Assembly (NCBI GenBank): GCA_047150005.1 | Contig: AP038806.1 | Location: 2,880,001 to 2,944,000, forward strand | DNA length: 64,000 nt | Source: Nitrospira sp. | GTDB taxonomy: Bacteria; Nitrospirota; Nitrospiria; Nitrospirales; Nitrospiraceae | Direction: 5' to 3' | Shown here: one piece after another, positions 50,696-61,048 of the stretch | Position numbering within the stretch: position 1 is the first letter of the stretch | How the letters are laid out: the number at the start of each line of letters is the position of its first letter | The notes under the pieces: model-generated | Told to the model about the DNA's origin: nothing | The model's input: only the letters and a program-made list of their open reading frames with translations | The model's database searches: none | Translations under genes and position numbers: made by a program

Positions 50696-51025
50696 TCACT
50701 TCTGGTCTTTCTTATTCTTTGACTCCTGGCTTGTCGAATCGGCCGAGACATCGATCTGGTCTTTGGCCAGTTGTTCGCCGGATTGGAAAGACGGACTCTG
50801 CATCACATGGACGTCATCGAAGGCCGCCGCTTCCATCAGGGCCTTGTCGCCGATGGCGTTGGCCCGACCCGGATCGTTCGCGAGCGATTGACCGCTGACG
50901 GGATCGAGGGCTTTGCCCATCGGATAGCCCGGATGTTTCGGCAACGTCGCCGGGTTGGCAGAGGCCGGAGCGCTCGTCACACATACGACTGCCACAATGG
51001 TGAGCAGGACAAGAATGATTTTCAT
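50696..51025 (-). CDS. Small exported hypothetical protein
   Basis: AGGAGG RBS, signal peptide ASA, LPKHPGYPM. Confidence 0.7.
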   Translation of the reverse strand: MKIILVLLTIVAVVCVTSAPASANPATLPKHPGYPMGKALDPVSGQSLANDPGRANAIGDKALMEAAAFDDVHVMQSPSFQSGEQLAKDQIDVSADSTSQESKNKKDQK

Positions 51026-51647
51026 GGTGGAACCTCCTTTGTAGCTGGAAACCATGACAACGACTCGGAGGTCTGGGGCAGCAGCAAGGTGACGTAGAGA
51101 TGTGAACGGCGACGATCGTCCTACCCCGGATTCACGGAGACCTCCAAGGCTTCTTTTCAGACTGCCTCCCGCTCAGGGCCGGAGTCAAGCCGTCTTAATG
51201 CGGCCGGTCGAGCGGCTCCGCGCCTCGCGCGCTGCCTCGTTACGATCCCACTGCGTCGGCCCGTAAGTCTCAGCTAAGGCGACGTCTCTCGTCGAAATGT
51301 CGATCTCTGCCGTTCCGCTAGGAGAGCGGGTTTTCTGGTGCTTGACGCGTCCAGAGCCCAGGCGTAGAGTGATCGCTGATTCGGCCGCCTCATCCGCGAG
51401 GTGGGGGCCATGAACATCGATGGAGCAGTGATCCATTATGATGAGCATGGCAAGTGCGGTCTCTTCTCACCCCGACATTTCCTTCACCAGATAGCCCCGT
51501 TAACGGATTCTCCGTCCTTCTTCCCCTGTTTCAGTTTCAGCCGTGACTCTACCGATTCTTCTGTGGTCGGTTTCGTCAAACATCCGTGCCCTGCGGCGCA
51601 GCGCACGATTGGTCCGCCCCGCCGGGCAACTCAGAAAGGAGGGTGTC

Positions 51648-52025
51648 ATGAAAGCTGTGATTGCTGCGGTCCTCATGGTCGGTGCGCTTCTCTGTCTGAC
51701 CGTCGGCACGGCCTGGGCGGAGAAGGCCTGGGTTGACGAGATCAACAATTCACTGTCGTTCACCATGGCGAATTATCCCAATTCGAACTGGGAACCCTAT
51801 CAGCAGAAACTGCATAAGGTGCATGACGCAGTCAGCCGTGGCGACAATCAGGCGGTCAGGATGGAAATGGGCAAGTGGTTCAAGATGCTCCGGCACCGCG
51901 ACTTCGGCATCAGTGACGTGGCGGCCGACGAGCTGTACAACTTCTCCCTGATGGTGACGCCGATTCAGGAATACGGTATTGCCGTTCCTGCCGGTCCGGC
52001 CGGTCTGGGGGATACGAGCTACTAG
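51648..52025 (+). CDS. Exported hypothetical protein
   Basis: AAGGAGG RBS, signal peptide AWA. Confidence 0.7.
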   Translation: MKAVIAAVLMVGALLCLTVGTAWAEKAWVDEINNSLSFTMANYPNSNWEPYQQKLHKVHDAVSRGDNQAVRMEMGKWFKMLRHRDFGISDVAADELYNFSLMVTPIQEYGIAVPAGPAGLGDTSY

Positions 52026-52074
52026 CATCATTCCTGTCGCCGGAGGAATGGTGCGGACACAGAGGAGGTGTCCC

Positions 52075-52587
52075 ATGCAACGTTATCGTCGAACCGTGCT
52101 CCTGGGGCTGATGGCGGTGTGTCTTGCCGCGCCGGTTGGAGCGGAACAATCCCAGGACATCATTCTCAGTGCGCACTATGGATTCAGCGGGGTGATCTCC
52201 AAGATCGAGTCGGGAATGTTGTTCGTCCGAAGCGACGTCAATCTGCAGCCCAGGGTCGTCAGTCCCATGAAAGCCGACCGGGTCGGCCTCCATGATGCCA
52301 AGGTGGGCGACGCCGTGAACCTGTTGGTTGACTCAGGCAATGTCCTGATCGATGTCTCCCGCACGGATCGGTACTTCCCCGATCACCGGTTTCTAGTCGG
52401 CACCGTTCGGTATGCCGATCCGTACTGGCACGAGATCCAGCTCTCCACCCCGGAGGGGACGGCCACATTTGAGGTGGATGCGTTAGTCGGAACCAAGCTG
52501 TCCACGCTTCCGGAAGGGGCTCCGGTCACGCTCGAGCTGGATGCGGACAATGTGATGATCGATATCTATCGTGACCGGTCACGCTGA
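52075..52587 (+). CDS. Exported hypothetical protein with two beta-rich repeats
   Basis: GAGGAGG RBS, signal peptide, repeated G..V.L..D..NV.IDV/I. Confidence 0.7.
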   Translation: MQRYRRTVLLGLMAVCLAAPVGAEQSQDIILSAHYGFSGVISKIESGMLFVRSDVNLQPRVVSPMKADRVGLHDAKVGDAVNLLVDSGNVLIDVSRTDRYFPDHRFLVGTVRYADPYWHEIQLSTPEGTATFEVDALVGTKLSTLPEGAPVTLELDADNVMIDIYRDRSR

Positions 52588-52721
52588 TCGTCACACGGGC
52601 CGGATTGTCGCTTGACTTGATGGAAGGGTATCCGTACGATTTCCTTGTTCGTCTCCGCCGGTCCTGTCGCAGGGCCGGCGGAGACGGGAAGCGGGCGTCT
52701 TCTTAAAGCAAGGATGACCGT

Positions 52722-53504
52722 ATGGCGAGCCATCTGCGGTGGGTCGCCGCAGCAGTCGTGCTGGCTGCCGCTCATGTATCGGTGTGCGACGCGGCCGTCG
52801 CTGAACGGAATCGTGCGGACGACGGCCTTCCCTTCCAGACGATCCTTGATTTGGAACAGAGTGCCCGCCTGCTGGCCATCCTGCTCGATTCGGGGCGTTC
52901 CGTCATCAACGAAAACCAACCCCTGTTCGATGATCCGGTGAAAGTGGACAAAGGCTTTACGCCCGAGGCCTTCGAGCGACAGCTCGTCGATATCTTCCGT
53001 ACGAGGTCGGGCCTTGATCTTGCCGATTTGGACTCGGCTCGTGTGCCACTCGCCGGCAAAAAATGGCTCAAAGATCTGCTCGCCGCGAGTAAGCAGGTCG
53101 TCAGAGAGGCTCAACCGGACATCAACCGCCCGGCCGCGCAATCGAAGTTGATTCCTGCGGTATTTGGGTTGCGCGTGGGCGGGCACTTTGCCGAGCGGAC
53201 GGGGATCCGGATGAAGCAAACGACCCTGGTTCCGAGAAATCCAGCCAATGCGCCGGATGCGGTCGAACGATCATCTCTGGAACTCTTTGCCGCTCCCGAT
53301 TATCCGCGTGAAAAGGCGATGAGCGAAGCCACGGCCAAGAGCGGGGTGTTCAGACTCATGTTTCCGCTGTACATGACCCGTCAGTGCCTGGAATGCCATG
53401 GAGAACCGAAGGGCTCGCTCGACAAGACGGGCTATGCACGGGAAGGATTGAAACTCGGGCAGAATGCCGGTGCCATCAGTGTGATGATCCCTATTACACC
53501 ATGA
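52722..53504 (+). CDS. DUF3365/Tll0287-like periplasmic monoheme cytochrome c
   Basis: PRNPANAPD..E, FRLMFPL..T..CLECHG, G.K.G...GAISV. Confidence 0.8.
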   Translation: MASHLRWVAAAVVLAAAHVSVCDAAVAERNRADDGLPFQTILDLEQSARLLAILLDSGRSVINENQPLFDDPVKVDKGFTPEAFERQLVDIFRTRSGLDLADLDSARVPLAGKKWLKDLLAASKQVVREAQPDINRPAAQSKLIPAVFGLRVGGHFAERTGIRMKQTTLVPRNPANAPDAVERSSLELFAAPDYPREKAMSEATAKSGVFRLMFPLYMTRQCLECHGEPKGSLDKTGYAREGLKLGQNAGAISVMIPITP

Positions 53505-55108
53505 CACGCGTTGCGCTTTCTCTTGGATTGATGTTGGTCTGGACGGCCGCCGCTATTGCGGCGGACCGTTTCGCGGGACCGCCCGAACGGCCGGCCGGCA
53601 GCGGAGTCATCGTGCATTCCGATGGCTACATTCTCACTGCGCAACATGTCATTGCCAACGCCCGCAGGGTGGTTGTGGTCACCTCGGGCGAAGTTCGCGC
53701 CGCGGCGATTGTAGTCAGCATCGATCCTGAACACGACCTGGCGCTGCTCAAAGCGGAAACGGTGGGCCTGACCGAAGCCTCTCTTGGTCATGCGGGCGGA
53801 GTGCGGCTGGATCAGGAAGTGGTAGCCGTCGGCTTTCCCTTCGGATTGCGGGAGGTCTCGGTGACGCGAGGGCGGATTGCGGCTGTGCGGACCAAAGGGG
53901 TGCAGCGCGTGTTTCAGGTCGATGCGGCGATCAATCCGGGAAACAGCGGCGGTCCGTTGTATAACACACAGGGCGAGCTGATCGGCATCCTGACGACCAA
54001 ATTCTCACATCCCTCCGGGATTGTTCCCGAGGGCATGGCCTTTGCCGTTCCGGTCAGTTATGCCACGCCGCTTCTCGCCAACATCGAGGGATTCGACTTC
54101 AGCATGGTCGGGAAGGGCCGCATTGGCAGGAAAGCAAAGAAGGGGAGGGCCACGGAGCAGGATCGTCTTGCCGACATGGTCGTACGGACGACAGTCAGAA
54201 TCGAGACTGTCCGTGGTGTAGAGGCTCCCCCGTCCGTCATACCGGCTCCGGTCGATGCCGTCAAACGGCCCGAGACTGCCTCGTCACCCGTCGGTCAGCC
54301 GCCGGGACAAAGCCGCGGTCCCCGGTACTCCGCTCCGGACCAGGCGTCGATTCAGCAAGTCAACGAGCAGCTCAGACTGGAACAGCAGGAACACCTGCAG
54401 CGATTGACTCAGCAAGGGGGCGGCGTCCCGGAAGGGATGGTGCTGATTCCCTCGGGAGAATTCCAGATGGGCGCCGAGGACGGCTTGCCGGATGCGCGCC
54501 CCATGCATCGCGTGTACGTGAGCACCTATTGGCTCGACCGCCACGAAGCGACCAATCGGCAGTATCGCCGATGCGTGGAGAGCGGAGGCTGCGCTCCTCC
54601 TAAAGATCAATCCGCCTATGAGGATCCGGATCTGGCCGATCATCCGGTGACCAATGTGACGTGGGCGCAGGCCCGTCATTATTGCGGATGGCTCGGGAAG
54701 CGACTGCCGACGGAGGCCGAATGGGAAAAGGCGGCCCGCGGGATCGACGGCCGACTGTACCCCTGGGGCAATACCGATGAGGCGGCAAAGGCAAGGCCGC
54801 GCCTCGCTGAGCGGACGAAGAACGGGACGGCTCCGGTCGGCACCATGGATTTTGCACGTTCTCCTTATGGCGTGGCCGATCTCGTCATGAATGTTTCCGA
54901 ATGGGTGAATGACTGGTACGCAGAGGACTTTTATCGATCCTCCCCCAGTCGCGACCCGCAAGGTCCCGCCCGGGGGACGTTCCGCGTGCTGCGCGGGGGC
55001 GAACCCAGCGACCGTCCGCTTGAGTTACGTGCCAGCTATCGGGGTTGGGATGACATGACGTATTGGGGCCCTTCGCTCGGCTTCCGCTGTGCGCAGGATG
55101 GGTCCTGA
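53501..55108 (+). CDS. Trypsin-like serine protease fused to FGE-sulfatase (SUMF1-like) domain
   Basis: TAQHV, DLAL, INPGNSGG triad; G.FQMG, HPV.NV.W, RLPTEAEWEKAARG, GFRC. Confidence 0.85.
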   Translation: MTRVALSLGLMLVWTAAAIAADRFAGPPERPAGSGVIVHSDGYILTAQHVIANARRVVVVTSGEVRAAAIVVSIDPEHDLALLKAETVGLTEASLGHAGGVRLDQEVVAVGFPFGLREVSVTRGRIAAVRTKGVQRVFQVDAAINPGNSGGPLYNTQGELIGILTTKFSHPSGIVPEGMAFAVPVSYATPLLANIEGFDFSMVGKGRIGRKAKKGRATEQDRLADMVVRTTVRIETVRGVEAPPSVIPAPVDAVKRPETASSPVGQPPGQSRGPRYSAPDQASIQQVNEQLRLEQQEHLQRLTQQGGGVPEGMVLIPSGEFQMGAEDGLPDARPMHRVYVSTYWLDRHEATNRQYRRCVESGGCAPPKDQSAYEDPDLADHPVTNVTWAQARHYCGWLGKRLPTEAEWEKAARGIDGRLYPWGNTDEAAKARPRLAERTKNGTAPVGTMDFARSPYGVADLVMNVSEWVNDWYAEDFYRSSPSRDPQGPARGTFRVLRGGEPSDRPLELRASYRGWDDMTYWGPSLGFRCAQDGS

Positions 55109-55241
55109 ACCGGGTGGTGTCCTCAGGAACGCCAGGCAGCGGGCTAAGCCCTGGCAGGTCGAAAATCAAGCGGCCATCCAATGCCTGCCGCGCGCCGAAC
55201 GGTTTCTGACACCGTTGTCCTTCGCTGCCTCCTTTTCTTGG

Positions 55242-55469
55242 TCACCCACACTGCTGGCTGTGTTGCGCCATCATTCCTTGTTTGATGCAACGCCAACAAA
55301 CAGGGCAGATCTGACAAGGACAAGCGACACAATGGATGGCTGCCCCTAAGTGGCACAGACACGAGCAAATCGCCTCTGCTTCCACTGCGTCATACACGAA
55401 CCATCTCCACACGCGTATGAAAAGACTCGATTCCGAATCCTGTGCCCTGGCGGTGGCTCGTGGGATCAT
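55242..55469 (-). CDS. Small Cys/His-rich putative zinc-binding protein
   Basis: AAGAGGA RBS before ATG; 10 Cys in the last 42 aa; C-x2-C-x11-H-x3-C end. Confidence 0.5.
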   Translation of the reverse strand: MIPRATARAQDSESSLFIRVWRWFVYDAVEAEAICSCLCHLGAAIHCVACPCQICPVCWRCIKQGMMAQHSQQCG

Positions 55470-55735
55470 GGTGAGTCCTCTTACCCACAGTGATTGAGCA
55501 AGACGAGTGCCAAGGGCCGCACGAAGTGCTCGTACCATTGTTCGTTCACCAAAGTGCTTGCGGTACAACGAATCATCTGGGATAGACGGACATGAGGGTG
55601 TGGACCCCTGAATCCAATCCAATCCGACGGATTCCAGGAAAGATTCAGCGGCCTGCTGTCCGTTTCGGGAGGCGCCCCTACTTTCTCTTCAACCAATACT
55701 TGTTGGATGTCCTCTGCGTTCACGACGCGTGAGCC

Positions 55736-56815
55736 ATGTCAATTAGTACGAGGCTAGCTCAACGCCTGCAGATCTATATTGAGCCTCCGGCCTGTCGAGT
55801 CCGGGACGTTGCGGTGTCGATTGCATATCTGAAGGGCGGGGACAAGGAAGTCCACACGGGCATTCTGACGCAGGCTGGTCGATTTTCGCCTGACTCGATC
55901 CGCGTCGATTCCCCGTATTCGATTCAAAGCATTTCAAAAAGCCTGACAGCGGCGGCCGTTCTTCGGCTCGTAGCCATGGGTAAGTTGGCGTTGGACAATC
56001 CGCTAGCCCAGTGGCTGCCGGATGTTCCCAATGCCTCCCGTATCACTCTACGGCAATGTCTTCAGCACACCAGCGGGTTGCCCGAATATGGTGCGGTGCC
56101 GGCGTACTACGAAGCAGTCAAGCAACAGGCACCCCCTTGGACGTTCGCCGAATTTCTGGAACGGACCCATGCGAAGCAATTGCTTTTCGAGCCGGGACAG
56201 GGGTGGCGATACTCCAACATCGGCTACATGATTGTGCGCCGGTTAATCGAAACCGTGTGCGGGAAAAGCTTCACCGAGATTATCTCCGGAGAAGTCTGCC
56301 AGCCTCTCGGTCTGTCCCACACCTTCGTGATACAGAATCGAGATGACTTCCAGACGTTGGTGCCAGCGTACAGTTTCTCGATCTCGTCGGATGGGCTCCC
56401 GGTCGACGTTCGACCAAGGTATGACCCAGGCTGGGTAGCGACCGGCGTCACCGCGTCCACGGCCTCCGATCTCGTCCTCTTCTATGAGCGGTTGTTTGCG
56501 GGACTGTTGATTCCTCCCTCTCTGCTGGATGAGATGTGTTCGGTCGTGCGTACCGGGGTCCCACCTACTCAACGATGCGTTGCGCCGAGCTATGGGCTTG
56601 GGCTTATTGCTGATCCCCAGTGTCCCTATGGCGTCCTCTATGGTCACAACGGTGCCGGGCCGGGCTATACGTCAATAGCATTGCACGTTCTCACTCCTGC
56701 CGGGCAACCGGTGACGGTTGCCGTGCTCTCAAACATCGAAAATGTCTACGAAGTCGAACTCCTGGTGTTCACGCTGATCGATGAACTCATCCAAGACCTC
56801 GACGCTACGCATTGA
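55736..56815 (+). CDS. Serine hydrolase, beta-lactamase/D-Ala-D-Ala carboxypeptidase family
   Basis: SISK (SxxK), HTSGL, YSN, GH.G..PGY. Confidence 0.88.
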   Translation: MSISTRLAQRLQIYIEPPACRVRDVAVSIAYLKGGDKEVHTGILTQAGRFSPDSIRVDSPYSIQSISKSLTAAAVLRLVAMGKLALDNPLAQWLPDVPNASRITLRQCLQHTSGLPEYGAVPAYYEAVKQQAPPWTFAEFLERTHAKQLLFEPGQGWRYSNIGYMIVRRLIETVCGKSFTEIISGEVCQPLGLSHTFVIQNRDDFQTLVPAYSFSISSDGLPVDVRPRYDPGWVATGVTASTASDLVLFYERLFAGLLIPPSLLDEMCSVVRTGVPPTQRCVAPSYGLGLIADPQCPYGVLYGHNGAGPGYTSIALHVLTPAGQPVTVAVLSNIENVYEVELLVFTLIDELIQDLDATH

Positions 56816-56947
56816 GGGCTGTGAAACGGTTCCTGCCACGGTTTCCTGTCCCTGACCCTTTTCTTGGTTCGAGGTCGGGAGCTTGCGGCGGAGAGACCAC
56901 AGTCCTAGAATGTGCGTCCTTCGTATCCGAGCCATAAGGAGGCGATC

Positions 56948-57310
56948 ATGCTCGTCCATCAACTTCTTGGCAACGAAGGTATCTTGTTGATCCATCCGGA
57001 CGGACCGATTGCGGTTGGGGATTTCGAAGCAGTGGCCAGATCAGTTGATCCTTACATCGAACAAAAAGGAACCTTGCGAGGTGTCATGATCCAGGCCCAG
57101 TCGTTTCCAGGCTGGGAGAGCTTTGCTGCGCTCATGTCGCATATGCGCTTCGTTCGCGACCATCACCGATCCATCGGGAAAGTGGCTGCCGTCTCCGACA
57201 GCGCCATTCTTTCGATCGCTCCGCAAATCGCCAAACATTTTGTCCAAGCCGAGATTCGTCACTTTAGCGCGGAGGATCGCGACGTCGCGCTTGCCTGGCT
57301 GCGGGAGTGA
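56948..57310 (+). CDS. SpoIIAA-like (STAS/SEC14) protein
   Basis: F.GWE..AAL..H..FV.DHH..I.KVA.V, A.AWL; AAGGAGG RBS. Confidence 0.82.
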   Translation: MLVHQLLGNEGILLIHPDGPIAVGDFEAVARSVDPYIEQKGTLRGVMIQAQSFPGWESFAALMSHMRFVRDHHRSIGKVAAVSDSAILSIAPQIAKHFVQAEIRHFSAEDRDVALAWLRE

Positions 57311-57397
57311 TGCGAAAGACCGCAACTAGAACGGGGTTTCGGCAACGACCGATTACACGCGGCGGAGTGTTGTAGCGACGCCGTCCCCTGGGATAAA

Positions 57398-58342
57398 TTG
57401 CAGACCGTCAATCTGTGGCGGAGGTGTATCGTGTCATCCTTGTCGGTTGAACCGGAGAGACCAAAAAGTCCTCCCGAATTTGGAAGCCCCATTCCCTACT
57501 GCAAGGCGAAAACCGTCCCCGGCGCCGAAAAGCGGTCCTGGAATCGTTGGTTGTCTCCAACGAAACGGCAGCTCGTGATCACGCTTCTGGTGTTAGGTAT
57601 TGCTCCAGCACACGCAGAATTGGCGCTGGTTTGTGGCATCGTTCAAGCGGACACGGCTCTTGCTCCGCTTGGCCACGCACCGATTCTTGATGGCAAACCG
57701 GCGGCGGTCGTACCTGCTCCCCAGGCCGAGTCCTGGTGGACAACCAGACACGAGCATCTACTCGCACGCCTTCGCCAAGGCAATGTTGGTCTCCTGTTCA
57801 TTGGAGATTCCATTACACAAGGATGGGCAACTAAGGGTCTGCGCGTGTGGGACAAGTATTATGAGCGCCGCCGTGCCGTGAATTTGGGATTCGCAGGGGA
57901 TCGCACCGAACATGTGTTGTGGCGCTTGGACCATGGGGAAATGGACGGGATTACTCCCAAACTGATTGTGCTGATGATTGGAACCAACAACTCGGGTCAT
58001 CGTCAGGATCCACCGGCGGAGACTGCCGCAGGCATAGAGGCGATACTTAGAACCATACAAATGGGCCTCCCAGGCACAAAAATTCTACTGTTAGCCATAT
58101 TCCCCCGTGGTGCTTCGGCAGATGACCAACTCCGTCAGTTGAACGCGGCCACCAATGAGCACATCCGTCACTTCGCCGACAACCAGCAAGTCTTTTTCTT
58201 GGACCTCAGCCAGCGCTTTCTGGATGACCAGGAACATCTCTCTCAAGAGCTCTTGCCCGATTACCTGCACCTCAGCGAGAGCGGGTACGATGTGTGGGCC
58301 GACGGCATGGAGACCATGGTCAAGACGCTGCTTGGCGAATGA
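57398..58342 (+). CDS. GDSL/SGNH hydrolase (PAF-acetylhydrolase-like); true start probably downstream
   Basis: FIGDSIT, G..GDRT..VLWRL, IGTNN, D.LH. Confidence 0.85.
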   Translation: MQTVNLWRRCIVSSLSVEPERPKSPPEFGSPIPYCKAKTVPGAEKRSWNRWLSPTKRQLVITLLVLGIAPAHAELALVCGIVQADTALAPLGHAPILDGKPAAVVPAPQAESWWTTRHEHLLARLRQGNVGLLFIGDSITQGWATKGLRVWDKYYERRRAVNLGFAGDRTEHVLWRLDHGEMDGITPKLIVLMIGTNNSGHRQDPPAETAAGIEAILRTIQMGLPGTKILLLAIFPRGASADDQLRQLNAATNEHIRHFADNQQVFFLDLSQRFLDDQEHLSQELLPDYLHLSESGYDVWADGMETMVKTLLGE

Positions 58343-58435
58343 AGCCAAAGTACCAGACCCATAGTTCTCATTCGAAAGACGAGGCAGGTAGGCGCTACCT
58401 TGTCAGGAAGCGCGACAAACCGGAAACGCTCAACG

Positions 58436-59695
58436 ATGAACGAAGAGCATCGACGCATCGAGTTTCTCGATCACTTGCGAGGCGTGGCGATCGCGATGGT
58501 TTTTTGTTTCCATGTCTTTGGAGAAACATTCGCGAGCGACTCTCCGCAATGGGGCCGATGGTTTGTGGATATCGTTCCCAACGGCCTGTCGTACGTTCTG
58601 CTGTTTCCCTTTACGTATGGCTGGTTGGGCGTCGCCATATTCTTCGTCATAAGCGGATTCTGCATCCATTTGAGCTATGAACGGGACCACACAAGAGAGT
58701 TCAGCAGATTCTTCGTCCGCCGATTTTTCCGCATCTACCCGCCCTACTTAATCGCCGTTATACTCTTTGCTTTCGTCATCACTCCCTACCCGGCCCCGAC
58801 GACAACGAGGGATTGGGTGACCCATGCATTACTTATTAATAACCTCGACGAGCAGTCATTCTTTTCACTCAATCCTTCGTTCTGGACTATCGCCGTTGAA
58901 GCTCAGCTCTACGCTCTCTACCCTCTCCTGGTTCTCGCGGCACAAAGGTTTGGGTGGGGAGCTAGCCTCTGGTTGGCCGGTTCTGTCGCATTATCGATCA
59001 AGGCCTATTCCATTCTGCAAGTGTTTTATGAAGGCACCATGATCCCGCTCCCTTCCTGGCTCTGGCACAGTCCGTTCAGATACTGGTTTGCATGGGCGCT
59101 TGGTGCAAAACTCGCCGATGATTTCCTGCACCGTCAGAGAAGCGTGCTCTCAAAAGTTCCCATCTGGGTTTGGCCATCTCTCACCATCCTCAGCGGCATT
59201 CTGAAGCCCATTGCACCATTTATGTGGGAGTTCGCCGCACTCGCGACGGGGACTGTAATAGCCCATCTCCTCGTGCGTCCGCTTTCTCAGACCTTCCTTT
59301 CTCACTTCTTAGTACGACATATGCGAACAGTCGGTCTTGCGAGCTATAGCATGTACCTCGCTCATCAACCGATCTTGTCATGGCTCCGGAGACAGGCTTT
59401 CCCTGCGGTCATTTCGGGCGACGTGCACCCGTTCATGATTGTTCTGTTTTGTATGGGTGCGTGGTTGCCGATACTATCTCTTGCGTGGCTCCTGTACAGA
59501 TTCGTCGAAATCCCCAGCATCAGCCTTGGAAAGCAATTCCTGAGACATCGCCAGGCTGGCCGATCGGTTGTCCATGGGCGTTGTCGTTCAATCGGTGCCA
59601 AGGAGATTATGGAGATCAACTCGGAGGGTTCCCTCGAAAGCAACGAGACGACTCAACTTGGTGACACCAGCGGGGAGCTTCATCACCGGAAGTAG
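58436..59695 (+). CDS. Acyltransferase_3 (OafA-like) membrane O-acyltransferase
   Basis: LD.LRG.A, GV.IFFVISGF, RRFFRIYP, WT.AVE.Q.Y, SYSMYL.H, RFVE.P. Confidence 0.9.
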   Translation: MNEEHRRIEFLDHLRGVAIAMVFCFHVFGETFASDSPQWGRWFVDIVPNGLSYVLLFPFTYGWLGVAIFFVISGFCIHLSYERDHTREFSRFFVRRFFRIYPPYLIAVILFAFVITPYPAPTTTRDWVTHALLINNLDEQSFFSLNPSFWTIAVEAQLYALYPLLVLAAQRFGWGASLWLAGSVALSIKAYSILQVFYEGTMIPLPSWLWHSPFRYWFAWALGAKLADDFLHRQRSVLSKVPIWVWPSLTILSGILKPIAPFMWEFAALATGTVIAHLLVRPLSQTFLSHFLVRHMRTVGLASYSMYLAHQPILSWLRRQAFPAVISGDVHPFMIVLFCMGAWLPILSLAWLLYRFVEIPSISLGKQFLRHRQAGRSVVHGRCRSIGAKEIMEINSEGSLESNETTQLGDTSGELHHRK

Positions 59696-59769
59696 CCCAT
59701 GTGGAGTACACGCATATATATCTGCTGTACGGTTGGGAAGAGATACGGGCACGGACACGTATGTCCGCG

Positions 59770-59874
59770 GTGGCCATTGCGGATTACCAGATCAGTCGGA
59801 GGGCCTGATTTACAGCCGGACATGATCACCAGTATCGGGATAAAGACCGCACCGAGAAAAACAGCTCGGCTCAT
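59770..59874 (-). pseudogene. Truncated paralog of the 62855-63202 lipoprotein
   Basis: SGCKSGPPTDLVIRNGHRG versus PGCKSGPPPHLIIRNDHRG. Homology stops after ~38 aa. Start codon lies inside the IS481 TSD. Confidence 0.65.
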
Positions 59875-59875
59875 A

Positions 59876-61024
59876 TGTGGAAGCTAGAACTTAATCTGAC
59901 AGTCAGCTAGAGTCCTCCCTCTTCACGAAAGGAGCGAGGACCATGACGACGGAACAAAAGATCATTAAGACGAAAGTCGGCGTGCTGGAACTGGCGAAGC
60001 AGCTCGGCAATGTCTCCAAAGCCTGCCAGCTGATGGGGTATAGCCGCGATAGTTTCTATCGATTCAAGGAACTCTACGAGACCGGCGGCGAGGCCGCGCT
60101 TCAAGAGATTTCGCGGCAGAAGCCGCTCCTCAAGAATCGGGTGGCACCCGAGGTGGAACAGGCCATCGTGCAGATCGCTATTGAGCAACCCGCGTGGGGA
60201 CAAGCCCGCGTGGCGAATGAACTGCGCAAGCAGGCGCTGTCCATCTCCCCAGCGGGCGTGCGCTGTATCTGGCTCCGCCATGATCTCGCAACGATGCGGA
60301 AACGCTTAAAGGCACTGGAAGCGAAGGTAGCCCAAGCGGGACTGGTGCTTACCGAGGCCCAAGTCGTGGCGCTGGAGAAGGCGACGGCGGACAAAGAGGC
60401 CCACGGCGAATTTGAGAGCGAATGTCCCGGCTACTGCGGCGCGCAGGATACGTTCTACGTCGGCACCTTGAAGGGCGTCGGCCGCATCTACCAGCAAACC
60501 TTCATCGATACCTACAGCAAGGTGGGATTTGCGAAGCTGTACGACCGCAAGACGCCGGTGACGGCCGCGGAATTGCTCAATGATCGGGTCTTGCCGTTCT
60601 TCGAGCAGCATGCCATTCCGCTGAACCGTGTGCTCACGGATCGCGGCACGGAATACTGTGGAACTCCGGAGCGCCATGAGTACGAACTCTATCTGGCCGT
60701 GGAGAACATCGATCATACGCGCACCAAGACGCGGCATCCCCAGACCAACGGGATCTGTGAACGGTTCCACAAGACCATGTTGAACGAGTTTTACCGCGTG
60801 GCGCTCCGCAAGAAGATCTATCGAACGCTGGAGGACCTCCAGGCTGACTTGGATGCGTGGATCCAGGAGTACAACGAGCAGCGCCCCCACCAAGGGCGCT
60901 GGTGCTATGGCAAGACACCGATGCAGACGTTTCTCGATAGTGTGCCACTGGCCAAGGAGAAAATGTTAGCGGCCTAAACCCGGTGAGGACTCGCTGTCTG
61001 TCAGATGAAGTCGTGAGTTATACA
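59876..61024 (+). mobile_element. IS481-family insertion sequence
   Basis: TGT...ACA ends, imperfect 27-bp IRs (..ACTT.ATCTGACAG), flanking direct repeat GCTCATA. Confidence 0.88.
59943..60977 (+). CDS. IS481-family transposase
   Basis: HTH plus rve DDE (QDTF, TDRG.EY, PQTNG.CERFH), YN..RPH. Confidence 0.92.
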   Translation: MTTEQKIIKTKVGVLELAKQLGNVSKACQLMGYSRDSFYRFKELYETGGEAALQEISRQKPLLKNRVAPEVEQAIVQIAIEQPAWGQARVANELRKQALSISPAGVRCIWLRHDLATMRKRLKALEAKVAQAGLVLTEAQVVALEKATADKEAHGEFESECPGYCGAQDTFYVGTLKGVGRIYQQTFIDTYSKVGFAKLYDRKTPVTAAELLNDRVLPFFEQHAIPLNRVLTDRGTEYCGTPERHEYELYLAVENIDHTRTKTRHPQTNGICERFHKTMLNEFYRVALRKKIYRTLEDLQADLDAWIQEYNEQRPHQGRWCYGKTPMQTFLDSVPLAKEKMLAA

Positions 61025-61048
61025 GCTCATAGTCAGAACCTGAGCTAA

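Noticed and set aside
51185..51448. 87-aa minus-strand ORF
   Set aside because: No recognisable motif or clear RBS; cannot be supported.
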